Positions 21,277-30,824 of a stretch of 64,000 nucleotides of DNA are shown here, piece by piece. The position numbers were made by a program, and so were the translations under genes. The number at the start of each line of letters is the position of its first letter. Positions within the stretch are counted from its first letter, which is position 1. The DNA lies in NCBI RefSeq assembly GCF_988242995.1, contig NZ_OZ547043.1. One strand, written 5' to 3'. The notes beneath the pieces are model-generated. The model did not search any database, had not been told where the DNA came from, and saw only the letters and a list, made by a program, of their open reading frames with translations.

Positions 21277-21671
21277 ATTTCCTCCTGAGTTGTCCGGGGA
21301 ATACTGAATCCTCCGGTCTGGCAGTGTGTGCAGTACCGCTCCCCATAATAATCGTGGTGACATTGTCTGCAGTGCCAGCTGGCTTTACGCACCACGGGTA
21401 AGGCATCCGGTACGAATTGCTGCAGACGTTTAATCAACTGTATTTCTCTGCGCTCCGGCCTGACATAAGGGCACTGTTGACCGTGCTCTGTCAGCCTGTC
21501 GTCAGTGTGTTCAAACCAGGGAAGTTCAGTGTCGTATTGCGGATGGTATCTGAGTGCACTGCCACACAAGTGGCAGGTGTAGTTAGCATAAGGTGCGGCC
21601 TGTGCAGTACGGGCGCCCGTCAGACGTCCGTTGCCATCAAGAGCGATAAAGGATTTTGCGTACATAGTCAT
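21264..21671 (-). CDS. Cys-rich zinc-ribbon protein (paralog 1)
   Basis: 135 aa; CHLCGSAL...PWFEH...CRQCHHDYYGERYCTHCQTG; overlaps the downstream paralog by 13 nt. Confidence 0.5.
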   Translation of the reverse strand: MTMYAKSFIALDGNGRLTGARTAQAAPYANYTCHLCGSALRYHPQYDTELPWFEHTDDRLTEHGQQCPYVRPERREIQLIKRLQQFVPDALPVVRKASWHCRQCHHDYYGERYCTHCQTGGFSIPRTTQEEICEF

Positions 21672-21924
21672 ATTCCTCAGCCGCCAGACGACACGCAGGC
21701 AACAGCCGTCCCGGTACGGGCAGCGTGGTCAGGGTGTGAATGGCGGTTCAGTTAAAATCTGGACTGGAGTTTGGGTAAAGCAGGCTGGTTGCTGTTACAG
21801 CACTGTGGTTGTCACACAATGGAACACTGACGTAAAAAACAGTCAGTGGGCGAGTGGATACATCGTTGCCGCCAGACAACAACCCATACTTTTGGTTTGC
21901 CGGATATTGGCGCGCCAGTCGTGC

Positions 21925-22494
21925 TCAACTCCGGCTACAGCCAAAATTGCGCTCACCGGTGCAGTGAGCTTTGGTATGTTCCTTCGCCAGATAGTCAGCA
22001 CGTTCCAGCACCTGCTGAAAGCCAGTGTCATCATCGCGTTCCAGCCACACCGCCGGCCAGGCCGGAAAATGCACCAGCGTGGCATGGCACCCGACATCCA
22101 CTCCCAGGGCACTGCACCACGCCTGTTTAATCATCCCGGCCAGTGATCCCGGAGCACGGTAATCACCGGCACGACACCAGGTATCCCGGTTAACCAGCAG
22201 CATCAGGTGATAGTGTTTTTTACCTTTGCACTCCCCAAACTCCCGGGCCCAGACGTAATGCAGGGTGGTGGGATGCACGCGTTTACCTTCCCGATGCTTA
22301 CGTTTCTGGTAAGCGTCGATTCGGGCTTTCAGGGCATTGATGAAGCGGGATATCACAGCTGCGTCCGTTGCTGCCGGTACATCCGGGAAACGCAGGTCAA
22401 CCCGCAATGCCGTCAGGCGGGGATGAACATTCAGTGCGTGCCGCACCGTCTCACGAATACGTTGCTGCCAGAAGGGGTTGTATTTGTAGGTCAT
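21925..22494 (-). CDS. YfjJ/YagK-like (inovirus Gp2-type) prophage protein
   Basis: Start at MTYKYNPFWQQRIRETV with GGAG RBS; resembles YagK/YfjJ family of CP4-type prophages (recognition from memory). Confidence 0.55.
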   Translation of the reverse strand: MTYKYNPFWQQRIRETVRHALNVHPRLTALRVDLRFPDVPAATDAAVISRFINALKARIDAYQKRKHREGKRVHPTTLHYVWAREFGECKGKKHYHLMLLVNRDTWCRAGDYRAPGSLAGMIKQAWCSALGVDVGCHATLVHFPAWPAVWLERDDDTGFQQVLERADYLAKEHTKAHCTGERNFGCSRS

Positions 22495-22690
22495 GGTTAA
22501 ATCTCCGTATGGTTCATACGGAATAGCCACGTCGTAAAAAATGCGCAGAGTCCCTGAAGTGACCTCCGGCAGGACACTGTCTCAGGCACTCTGTGATAAC
22601 CCGAACGGTCGTCTCCGGACTGACGGTTGAATTTTCAGCGTTGTTTTTTTAATGTAAAAAACCGGTTACGGGTAAGGCTGTGAGGAGGGA

Positions 22691-22894
22691 GTGATGGTGA
22701 TACGCAAAAAGAAGTGCAGGGACTGTGGAAACGCGATTACTCATAATACAGTGTGTTGCCCGTATTGTGGTTCTGTCGACCCCTTCGGCTATTACCGGAA
22801 TACAGACCGTATCGTTACCATACTGCTGGCACTGATTATTGTGGTCCTGCTGACTACTGTCAGCGTCAGTGTGTATATACTGTGTAGCTGGTGA
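22691..22894 (+). CDS. small zinc-ribbon protein with C-terminal transmembrane helix
   Basis: 67 aa; CRDCGN...CPYCGS followed by hydrophobic ILLALIIVVLLTTVSVSVYIL. Confidence 0.4.
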   Translation: MMVIRKKKCRDCGNAITHNTVCCPYCGSVDPFGYYRNTDRIVTILLALIIVVLLTTVSVSVYILCSW

Positions 22895-23250
22895 GATAAC
22901 GGTTCATGTATCCCCTGAGCTGACAGTGTACCGGGTATATTAAGCGTAACCGACAGGTTCTCCTTCATACCATATTAAATTTTTCCAGGTATTGCCGCTG
23001 CCTTATTTCGTCCCATACAGGAAAACTCGTCTGGGTTTCTGACAAATACGCGAAACTCACAGCCCCTCAATATCAACCACACGCTGTAAGCCGGTAATAC
23101 CTGAAAATCAGCCTATTACCGCCCGCGCCTCCGTTACCGAACGCTCAGGTGACCAGACTGAAGCCCAGCACGCACTCGTAAAATTTGCGGTCAGTTCCGT
23201 CAGTCAGTGGGCAACCGCAGAGTTACGGGCTTCCAGGTCCACAGGAGTGA

Positions 23251-23258
23251 GTCTATAA
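23251..23258. repeat. target-site duplication (GTCTATAA) of IS66 copy 1, left
   Basis: Identical octamer at 25791..25798 directly abutting the other IS end. Confidence 0.8.
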
Positions 23259-23288
23259 GTAAGCGTCAACGGAGCACCGTATTGACGC

Positions 23289-24902
23289 TTATTTATTGGT
23301 GAGTACTACGTTCCATGGCAGGAGTTCGCCAACTCGGTTGGAAGGCCATTCCGGCAGTACGCTCAGAATATGGCGCAGATACGCTTCCGGATCGATACCG
23401 TTCAGACGGCAGGTGCCGATCAGCCCGTACAGCAGTGCACCACGCTCGCCGCCGTGATCGCTACCGAAGAACACGTAATTTTTCTTTCCGAGACAGACTG
23501 CACGAAGCGCTCTTTCCGCTGTGTTATTGTCCGCCTCCGCCAGACCGTCATCACAGAAGTTGCACAACGCAACCCAGTGCTTCCTGATATACCGGAACGC
23601 ATCTCTCAGACGGCATTTTTTCGATAACGTGTGTTCTTTCTCCTGCATCAGCTTATACAGGGAAGTCAGTAGCGGTTTACTCTGCATTTGCCTGACCGCC
23701 AGGCGTTCAGACACCGGCAACCCGCGTATTTCGTGCTCAATGGCGTACAGTTCACCGATTAGTTTCAGTGCTTCTTCCGCCGTCGCGCTTTTGGTACTGA
23801 TATATACATCGTGGATTTTGCGCCGTGCATGAGCCCAGCATCCTGCTTCCGTCAACGCGCCGCCTTCACGTTCGGCACTGAACAGCCGATCGTAACCTGC
23901 GAACGCATCTGCCTGCAGGATACCCCGGAAGGGACGAAGGTGTTGCTCCGGATGTTTACCCTGATGGTCCGGTGAGTAGGCGAACCAGACCGCCGGAGGT
24001 TCTGGCGAACCGGCATTTCGGTCATCCCGGACATACGTCCAGATATATCCTGTTTTCGCCTTCTTCCTGCCCGGTGCCAGTACTTTTACTGGTGTGTCAT
24101 CAGTGTGAACCTTGCGGGTGTTCATCACATAACTGTACAGGGCATCATTCAGCGGAGTCATTAACTGGCAGCACGCATCAACCCAGTTGGAGAGTAAGGC
24201 ACGGCTCAGTTCGACACCCTGGCGGGCAAAGATTTCACTCTGACGATACAGTGGCAGATGTTCGCAGTATTTTCCCGTTAACACGCGGGCAAGTAACTCC
24301 GGGCCCGCGATACCACGCTCTATCGGACGGGATGGTGCCGGTGCTTCAACGATGCAGTCACATTTTGTACAGGCTTTTTTTACCCGTTCTGTGCGGATCA
24401 CTTTCAGGGCGCTGCTCACCAGTTCCAGTTGTTCTGCACTGACTTCCCCCAGATAATCCAGCTCACCGCCACACTCCGGGCAACAGCTTTCTTCAGGCTC
24501 CAGGCGGTTTATTTCGCGGGGCAGAAGCTCCGGTAACGGACGACGATGGCGTGACTGTCGCAACTGGCGGGGAACCTGCGGGTCATCCTCTCGCCCACTG
24601 TAACGATCGCTGTCCTGTTCGCGTTGCTTCAGCAGGGCCTCAGCCTGTTCAACTTCACGACGCAGTTTTTCAGAACGGGTACCGAACAGCATCCGGCGCA
24701 GTTTTTCTATCTGAGCCCGCAGATGTTCTATTTCCCGTTCATCTTCTTCGATCTTTTCTTCGGCACGTGCCAGCACAGAACGCAGGAAGGCCTCCGTCTC
24801 TTCAACCAGACTCAGTTGTTGGTCTTTCTGACGGAGGGCTTCAGCCTGCTCAGAGAGCAACCTTTCCAGCTCTGCGATGCGAATGAGGTATTTCTGACTC
24901 AT
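23289..24902 (-). CDS. IS66-family transposase TnpC
   Basis: 537 aa; N-terminal coiled coil, CPECGG zinc motif, DDE region; C-terminus LYGLIGTCRLNGIDPEAYLRHILSVLPEWPSNRVGELLPWNVVLTNK. Confidence 0.85.
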   Translation of the reverse strand: MSQKYLIRIAELERLLSEQAEALRQKDQQLSLVEETEAFLRSVLARAEEKIEEDEREIEHLRAQIEKLRRMLFGTRSEKLRREVEQAEALLKQREQDSDRYSGREDDPQVPRQLRQSRHRRPLPELLPREINRLEPEESCCPECGGELDYLGEVSAEQLELVSSALKVIRTERVKKACTKCDCIVEAPAPSRPIERGIAGPELLARVLTGKYCEHLPLYRQSEIFARQGVELSRALLSNWVDACCQLMTPLNDALYSYVMNTRKVHTDDTPVKVLAPGRKKAKTGYIWTYVRDDRNAGSPEPPAVWFAYSPDHQGKHPEQHLRPFRGILQADAFAGYDRLFSAEREGGALTEAGCWAHARRKIHDVYISTKSATAEEALKLIGELYAIEHEIRGLPVSERLAVRQMQSKPLLTSLYKLMQEKEHTLSKKCRLRDAFRYIRKHWVALCNFCDDGLAEADNNTAERALRAVCLGKKNYVFFGSDHGGERGALLYGLIGTCRLNGIDPEAYLRHILSVLPEWPSNRVGELLPWNVVLTNK

Positions 24903-24932
24903 GACCGTTTTTATAATGCGGTCAGGAGTTTT

Positions 24933-25283
24933 TTACAACATTGTCAGTGAGTTAAGGCGGGATGTTTTTGGCTGACGCCAGTCCAGCTTATCGAGGAGCA
25001 TTACCAGTTGCGAACGGGTAATGGATACCTTGCCGTCACGTACCGCAGGCCAGATAAACTGGCCTTCCTCCAGGCGTTTGGTGAACAGGCACAGACCATC
25101 AGCATCAGCCCAAAGAATTTTAACGGTGTCACCCCGTCGGCCACGGAAGATAAACAGGTGGCCGGAGAAGGGATTATCATTCAGCACATGTTGTACCTGT
25201 TCTCCCAGTCCGTTGAAGGATTTACGCATATCGGTAACGCCGGCAACGAGCCAGATACGGGTACCTGATGGGAGTGAAATCAT
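24933..25283 (-). CDS. IS66 Orf2 (TnpB)
   Basis: 116 aa MISLPSGTRIWLVAGVTDMRKSFNGLGEQV..., typical IS66 orf2. Confidence 0.85.
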   Translation of the reverse strand: MISLPSGTRIWLVAGVTDMRKSFNGLGEQVQHVLNDNPFSGHLFIFRGRRGDTVKILWADADGLCLFTKRLEEGQFIWPAVRDGKVSITRSQLVMLLDKLDWRQPKTSRLNSLTML

Positions 25284-25705
25284 CTTCCCCTCCCGCTCAG
25301 TTCGCGGATCAACACCGTGAGCAGCTCTGGCGATGGATTTTCCAGCGTCATGTTACCGTGACGGAACTCCACCTTGCAGGAACTGGCACTGACTCTGGTC
25401 TGAGTGGAAGTGGATAAAGACGGCGCAATGGCCGCCACAGGTTTTTTCTGCTCATCCGGCGTTATTTCTACAGGTAATAATTCAACGCCAGTGTCAGAAG
25501 AGGTCGTTACCGGAAGACGCCGCGAAACACGCCCTTCGTTCTGCCAGAGCCTGAGCCATTTGAAAATAACATTATCATTGACGCCATTTTCACGTGCAAT
25601 CTGTGCAACACAAGCTCCAGGTTGTGATGCCAGTTCCACCATACGAAGTTTGAATTCATTCGAATAGTTTTTACGAGGTTCTTTTCGCCAGTCCTGTAAT
25701 TCCAT
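25280..25705 (-). CDS. IS66 Orf1 (TnpA, HTH)
   Basis: 141 aa; overlaps orf2 start by 4 nt. Confidence 0.8.
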   Translation of the reverse strand: MELQDWRKEPRKNYSNEFKLRMVELASQPGACVAQIARENGVNDNVIFKWLRLWQNEGRVSRRLPVTTSSDTGVELLPVEITPDEQKKPVAAIAPSLSTSTQTRVSASSCKVEFRHGNMTLENPSPELLTVLIRELSGRGR

Positions 25706-25790
25706 ACTTAGATGTCCGTCTATATCAGATGGGCGTCTAAGTTACCAATTTTCGTCTGATGGCTACATACGGCGGTCAGTTTACGCTTAC

Positions 25791-25798
25791 GTCTATAA
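25791..25798. repeat. target-site duplication (GTCTATAA) of IS66 copy 1, right
   Basis: Identical octamer at 23251..23258. Confidence 0.8.
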
Positions 25799-26560
25799 CG
25801 CGTGTGGGAAATCATTTTTTCTGGCGTTGACAGAACGCCTTACGGGCTGCTACTTACCCGGTGTCCCGCAATACAGCCTTAGTGTTCCGTTATCGGGGAT
25901 CCGGACGCACCGCAACAACCGGGGAAGTATTTCTGGTTAGAGCTGTGTCAAGAGGGATTTCTCAGCCCCTCACTCACCGGCTCAGTCTCAGGGCAGAAGC
26001 ATTAATACACTCAGTTCATGTCTTATACAGGAATGGGCATAGGGGGAGCTGGCGTGTCACTGCTGATTTTACGCATCAGCGTTCATGTATCTGCACTCTG
26101 ATACAGAATGCTTCACAGCGCTCTGTTACCGGAGAGATTTACTCTCTTAGGTTATTCTGGCAAATCCTTTACGTTACTCTCTGATGACTTCTTATATTTA
26201 TAATACCAATCAGACAACCTTATCCCATCGGTGATATCAGTCTCCTGCTCGCCAGGAACGGGCTGACTCACTGTAACCACCTCCGAAAACAACTCTGCAA
26301 TTATCAGAACGCCTGCTTCTCTCCCTGTCCTCACGAAAACTATCCCCTCTTTATCGCGCGTGCGTGCGGAAGCATCTTTTCGCAACACCCCCCTCCGGGA
26401 TTCCGCTACGGCTCTGCCATCGCAATCCCCCCGTTTATCTCCGGACAGCCACATTCCCGATTATTTTTTACGTTTCTCCCCGGTTGTTATGCCGGTGAAG
26501 GTGGCGCGCTGTTTTCATGACCACACCGGCTGGTTTAACAACATCCGGAGGAACATTCTC

Positions 26561-26767
26561 ATGGCTACCCCAGTTTCGCTGATGGATGACCAGATGGTCG
26601 ACATGGCGTTTATCACTCAACTGACCGGCCTAACCGATAAGTGGTTTGACAAACTCATCAAAGATGGGGGCTTTCCTGCGCCCATCAAAATGGGGCGCAG
26701 CTCCCGCTGGCTGAAAAGTGAAGTGGAAGCCTGGCTGCAGGCGCGTATTGCACAGTCCCGTCCGTAA
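26561..26767 (+). CDS. AlpA-family prophage transcriptional regulator
   Basis: 68 aa from MATPVSLMDDQMVDMAFITQLTGLTDKWFDKLIKDGGFPAPIKMGRSSRWLKSEVEAWL; GGAGG RBS 10 nt upstream. Confidence 0.65.
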   Translation: MATPVSLMDDQMVDMAFITQLTGLTDKWFDKLIKDGGFPAPIKMGRSSRWLKSEVEAWLQARIAQSRP

Positions 26768-26860
26768 TTTTTAACCACTAACCCTTCGCCCACAGCAGAC
26801 GCAATCTCCGGCCTGCCGGCGGCGCTCTGCTGCCTGTTATCCCCCGTGAGGAATATGAAA

Positions 26861-27463
26861 ATGAAACAACAGTATCAGACCCGTTACGAGCTGCTCCATG
26901 AAAACTACCAGAAATGGCTGACCGGCTTCACCCGGCACGCCGTATCATGGGGCGTGTGTCATCCGAATATCTACTATTTCCATAATCTGACGCCCGGGTG
27001 GGTGTCATTCAATGGCGAAAAACCGGAGATTGCCATCGTTCCCCAGAGTCTGCACCGGCTGATTTATGGTCCGGACAAACGGAGCTCCCCGTCCCTAGAT
27101 GATGATCTGGTGGTGAATTTATGCACCAGCGAACACCTGCTGGTTCATCATCCGATGCTGGAAGGGATCCTGCTGTCTGAATGTGAACGCCTGAAGCAAC
27201 ATTCTCTGGCAAACAAACTGATCAGCCTCTTCCGTCAGTTTGGCGGCACGGAGTTACGTCTCAAACTGGTCTGGCTCTGCTGGCTTGACTTAATGACCGG
27301 AAACAGCCTTGACGACTGGACGAAAAACCTGAAACACAAATCAGAAAAAGATCTGGAGCAATGGATCATTGCACGTCAGGGTCAGAGTGAACCACTGACA
27401 AATCTGATGGATCAGTACGTGCTTATGGCATACCGTACATCGGTTGATGCCGCTCACAGTTGA
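26861..27463 (+). CDS. hypothetical protein
   Basis: About 200 aa ORF downstream of alpA-like gene with GAGGAA RBS; no recognisable motif. Confidence 0.4.
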   Translation: MKQQYQTRYELLHENYQKWLTGFTRHAVSWGVCHPNIYYFHNLTPGWVSFNGEKPEIAIVPQSLHRLIYGPDKRSSPSLDDDLVVNLCTSEHLLVHHPMLEGILLSECERLKQHSLANKLISLFRQFGGTELRLKLVWLCWLDLMTGNSLDDWTKNLKHKSEKDLEQWIIARQGQSEPLTNLMDQYVLMAYRTSVDAAHS

Positions 27464-28372
27464 TGTCTGAGAACCACAGGGCTGGCAGCAGAAAACCAGC
27501 CCTGTGGTAAAATACAGTAATAGCGGCGTACATCAGGCACGCCGCTCACTCGTCCACAGATCATATACGTCATTATACTGCGCGATAACGGAGGGCTTCA
27601 GCACCCGGTCATTTCTGAGCGGGTATGAATACCATTGATGATGCGAAGCAGCCACGGGCAGAAACGTTCTTCACAACCAGGTGCCTCCATCTTCACTGCA
27701 GTCTGAATGTGCCGGCTTGTTATCCACCAGAAATGGTATGCTCCGGTACATGCATACCCCGGAGACTATAAACGCACTGAATCATAGCCTCCCACCTCAG
27801 CAGGAGGCAGTCAGCTTTCAGGCGGAAAAACGTTGCAGTTAAAGATCGTGAGAATCGCTGTTTCGTTGCATAGCAACCCGAACAGTTGTAGTGAAACATT
27901 TTACCTGCATCAGCACATGGTCAGGCGCCGTCTGTATGGCGTGGAATACTGATGTTTCGGCTGATGGCAAGCCTCATTCTCTGTGGAAACAGGGGCGCGC
28001 ATTAGCTTCTCAACCAGAGAGTGTCACAAAGACAAATATTGCTGAAAATCGCATTCATCGTTCAGGCGTGAATGCCCGGAGACAAAAGCCGCTGTCCACA
28101 CAGTCCCCCTCTGACCTGAACAAAAAGCATACACACAACAGGCTCACCTGACCCCGAAAAACCATAACTTCAGCAATACCAGTGACACCAGCACGTTACC
28201 TCAGTGCCACATCTTCAGACCGCGATCAATCTGAAATGTGACTATCGGGGCAATATCCCTGCTTTGTGGTACACGATAACCAGAAAACATCCCCTGAACC
28301 GCCAGCCAGAAAGACTGGCCACAAAAGGGGTAAGCTGAAATCGTTTATGGATTACATCGACATATGCCTGGC

Positions 28373-28380
28373 AGAGAATG
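28373..28380. repeat. target-site duplication (AGAGAATG) of IS66 copy 2, left
   Basis: Identical octamer at 30817..30824. Confidence 0.8.
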
Positions 28381-28421
28381 GTAAGCGTGCAGTGAGAACC
28401 GTATTGACGAAGTGAAGCTGG

Positions 28422-29990
28422 TCAGGCAGGCAGAGTAACCCGCCACGGGAGCAGAGCACCCACCCGGTTCACAGGCCAGTCGGCGATGACATCAAGTACA
28501 TGATGCAGATAGCGTTCCGGATCCACGCCGTTTAATTTGCACGTCCCGATAAGACTGTACAGTGACGCACCGCGCTCACCACCATGATCCGAGCCGAAGA
28601 ACAGCCAGTTTTTTCTCCCCAGACTGACCAGTCGTAGGGCGTTTTCGGCAATGTTATTATCCACCTCCACCCAGCCATCTTCTGCATAGCGGGTCAGCGC
28701 CGGCCACTGGTTCAGCGCATACCCGAACGCCTTCGCCAGTTCTGAGTGCCTTGAGAGGGTTTTCTGTTTCTCCCGCAGCCACCCCTCCAGTGACGCCAGC
28801 AGCGGCAGCACTTTTTGGTGCCGGACTGCCTGCCGTTCCTCTGCTCTTTTACCTCTGAGCTCCGACTCGATGGCATACAGCTCGCCGATCCGTTTCAGCG
28901 CCTCCTCCGTCAGGGCTGACGGGGTACGGACGTGAACATCGTGGATTTTTCGGCGGGCATGGGCCCAGCACGTGGCTTCCTTTATATGGCCGTCGCGGTA
29001 GAGCTCGTTGAACCCGGCGTAGGCATCAGCCTGCAGTACGCCACTGAAGCCTGCAAGATGGGTCTGAGGGTGGATACCTTTTCTGTCCGGGCTGTAAGCG
29101 AACCACACTGCGGGGGCCAGCGCTGATCCGGCGTTGCGGTCGTCTCGAACGTACGTCCATAAGCGCCCGGTCTTCGTCTTCTTATTGCCCGGCAACAGCA
29201 CCGGGACAGGCATATCGTCAGCATGGAGTTTGCCGTCGGTCAGGACATAGTGCTGAAGGGCTTCATCCAGCGGTGCCAGCAGACGACAACACGCATCCAC
29301 CCAGCCCGACAGTACAGAACGACTCAACACTACACCCTGGCGGGCATAGATCTCCGACTGGCGATACAGCGGTATGTGCTCTGCATACTTTGAGGTCAGC
29401 ACTCGGGCCAGCAGCCCCGGTCCGGCGATCCCCCGTTCGATGGGGCGCGAAGGAGCCGGGGCCTGAACGATGCGATCGCACCGACGGCAGGCATGCTTTT
29501 CACGGACTGTCCGGATAACCCGGAAGGCGCTGCGCATCAGCTCCAGCTGTTCGGCGGCATCCTCACCCAGGTAACTCAGCGAACCACCGCACTCCGGGCA
29601 ACACGGCTCAGTCGGCAGCAGCCGCTTCTCATCCCGTGGGAGTGACTCAGGGAACGGTTTGCGGGTGCGGGTCTGACGCAGCGGGCGCTGCACTGCCGGG
29701 TCATCCACCCGGCCGGTCAGCGTATCGCTTTCCTGCTGCAGCAGGTTCAGGTCAGCTTCCATTTGCGCGATACGGCGGGATACCTTTTCGGAACGACTGC
29801 CGAAGTTCATCCGGCGCAGCTTATCCAGTTGCGCCTGCAGATGGTCTATTTCGCGTTCCCGGTTGCTCAGCTTTTCCTGCAGGGCGTGGATCAACGCTTC
29901 CTGTTCGGCCAGGCGCTGTTTCAGCAGAAGGATGTCGTCAGAAGAGGTGTCGTTCATAAGCCTGTATTTTCCAGGCTTATTCTGCGACAA
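28422..29990 (-). CDS. IS66-family transposase TnpC
   Basis: 522 aa; same architecture as 23289..24902 but clearly diverged in sequence. Confidence 0.85.
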   Translation of the reverse strand: MSQNKPGKYRLMNDTSSDDILLLKQRLAEQEALIHALQEKLSNREREIDHLQAQLDKLRRMNFGSRSEKVSRRIAQMEADLNLLQQESDTLTGRVDDPAVQRPLRQTRTRKPFPESLPRDEKRLLPTEPCCPECGGSLSYLGEDAAEQLELMRSAFRVIRTVREKHACRRCDRIVQAPAPSRPIERGIAGPGLLARVLTSKYAEHIPLYRQSEIYARQGVVLSRSVLSGWVDACCRLLAPLDEALQHYVLTDGKLHADDMPVPVLLPGNKKTKTGRLWTYVRDDRNAGSALAPAVWFAYSPDRKGIHPQTHLAGFSGVLQADAYAGFNELYRDGHIKEATCWAHARRKIHDVHVRTPSALTEEALKRIGELYAIESELRGKRAEERQAVRHQKVLPLLASLEGWLREKQKTLSRHSELAKAFGYALNQWPALTRYAEDGWVEVDNNIAENALRLVSLGRKNWLFFGSDHGGERGASLYSLIGTCKLNGVDPERYLHHVLDVIADWPVNRVGALLPWRVTLPA

Positions 29991-30005
29991 CCAGGATAAA
30001 GAGCG

Positions 30006-30353
30006 CTACAACATGGTCAGGGATGTCAGTAACCGCTTTGGCTGTCGCCAGTCGATACCTTCCATCAGCATCGCCAGTTGCGCCGGCGTCAGGAACACTT
30101 TGCCATCGCGGGCTGAGGGCCAGGCGAAGCGACCACGTTCTAGTCGCTTTGTCAGCAGGCACAGACCATCGCCGGTGGACCAGAGCAGTTTTACCTGACT
30201 GCCGCTGCGTCCCCGGAAGATGAAGACGTGGCCGGACATCGGGTCATCTTTCAGCGCGGTCTGCACCTTTGCGGCGAGGCCATTGAAGCCGTTGCGCATA
30301 TCGGTGATACCGGCAACCAGCCAGATTTTTGTGCCTGCGGGAAGATTTATCAT
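30006..30353 (-). CDS. IS66 Orf2 (TnpB)
   Basis: 115 aa MINLPAGTKIWLVAGITDMRNGFNGLAAKV... Confidence 0.85.
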   Translation of the reverse strand: MINLPAGTKIWLVAGITDMRNGFNGLAAKVQTALKDDPMSGHVFIFRGRSGSQVKLLWSTGDGLCLLTKRLERGRFAWPSARDGKVFLTPAQLAMLMEGIDWRQPKRLLTSLTML

Positions 30354-30733
30354 ACAGGCCCCCGCATCAGTTCGCGCAGGACAGTGCTCATGAGTTCAGC
30401 AGAGGGATGAGTCAGTGTTATTTCTCCTCCCCGACATTTTATGTGGCAGGTAGCGGGAGGAGAGCAGGATGGTAGTTCGAAGGTTGGGAGAGAAGAGCCC
30501 GCCTGAAGCTGCACGGGTATCAGGGCAGGAAGCGACGATGAGTTTTTTCGGGGCCGACAGACCCGCCCTTCACGCTGCCAGAGCCTTATCCATTTAAAGA
30601 GCAGGTTATCATTGACGTCATGTTTCCGGGCCAGTGCGGCAATACTGCCTTCTTCTTCAAGAGCCAGCCTGACCAGTTCCATTTTGAATTCAGGGGAATA
30701 GTGTTTCCGGGGAAGTCTTTCTTTAGCGCGCAT
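30350..30733 (-). CDS. IS66 Orf1 (TnpA, HTH)
   Basis: 127 aa; overlaps orf2 by 4 nt. Confidence 0.8.
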   Translation of the reverse strand: MRAKERLPRKHYSPEFKMELVRLALEEEGSIAALARKHDVNDNLLFKWIRLWQREGRVCRPRKNSSSLPALIPVQLQAGSSLPTFELPSCSPPATCHIKCRGGEITLTHPSAELMSTVLRELMRGPV

Positions 30734-30816
30734 GAGGTGTCCACCTGCAAAATAAGTGGGTGCTTAAGTTACAGGATCCTGGATTCGGGACCAGACGGTA
30801 CTCAGACGACGCTTAC

Positions 30817-30824
30817 AGAGAATG
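30817..30824. repeat. target-site duplication (AGAGAATG) of IS66 copy 2, right
   Basis: Identical octamer at 28373..28380. Confidence 0.8.

Larger units (their letters stand above)
23259..25790 (-). mobile_element. IS66-family insertion sequence, copy 1 (complete, tnpA-tnpB-tnpC)
   Basis: Termini gtaagcgt.../...acgcttac; flanked by perfect 8-bp direct repeat GTCTATAA (23251..23258 and 25791..25798); three-ORF IS66 organisation. Confidence 0.85.
28381..30816 (-). mobile_element. IS66-family insertion sequence, copy 2 (complete, distinct from copy 1)
   Basis: Termini gtaagcgtgcag.../...gacgacgcttac; flanked by 8-bp direct repeat AGAGAATG (28373..28380 and 30817..30824); tnpA-tnpB-tnpC present. 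Confidence 0.85.

Noticed and set aside
23315-24950. Plus-strand ORFs inside IS66 copy 1 (for example 23972..24442, 24551..24886)
   Set aside because: Antisense to the transposase gene; GC-rich antisense frames commonly stay open by chance.
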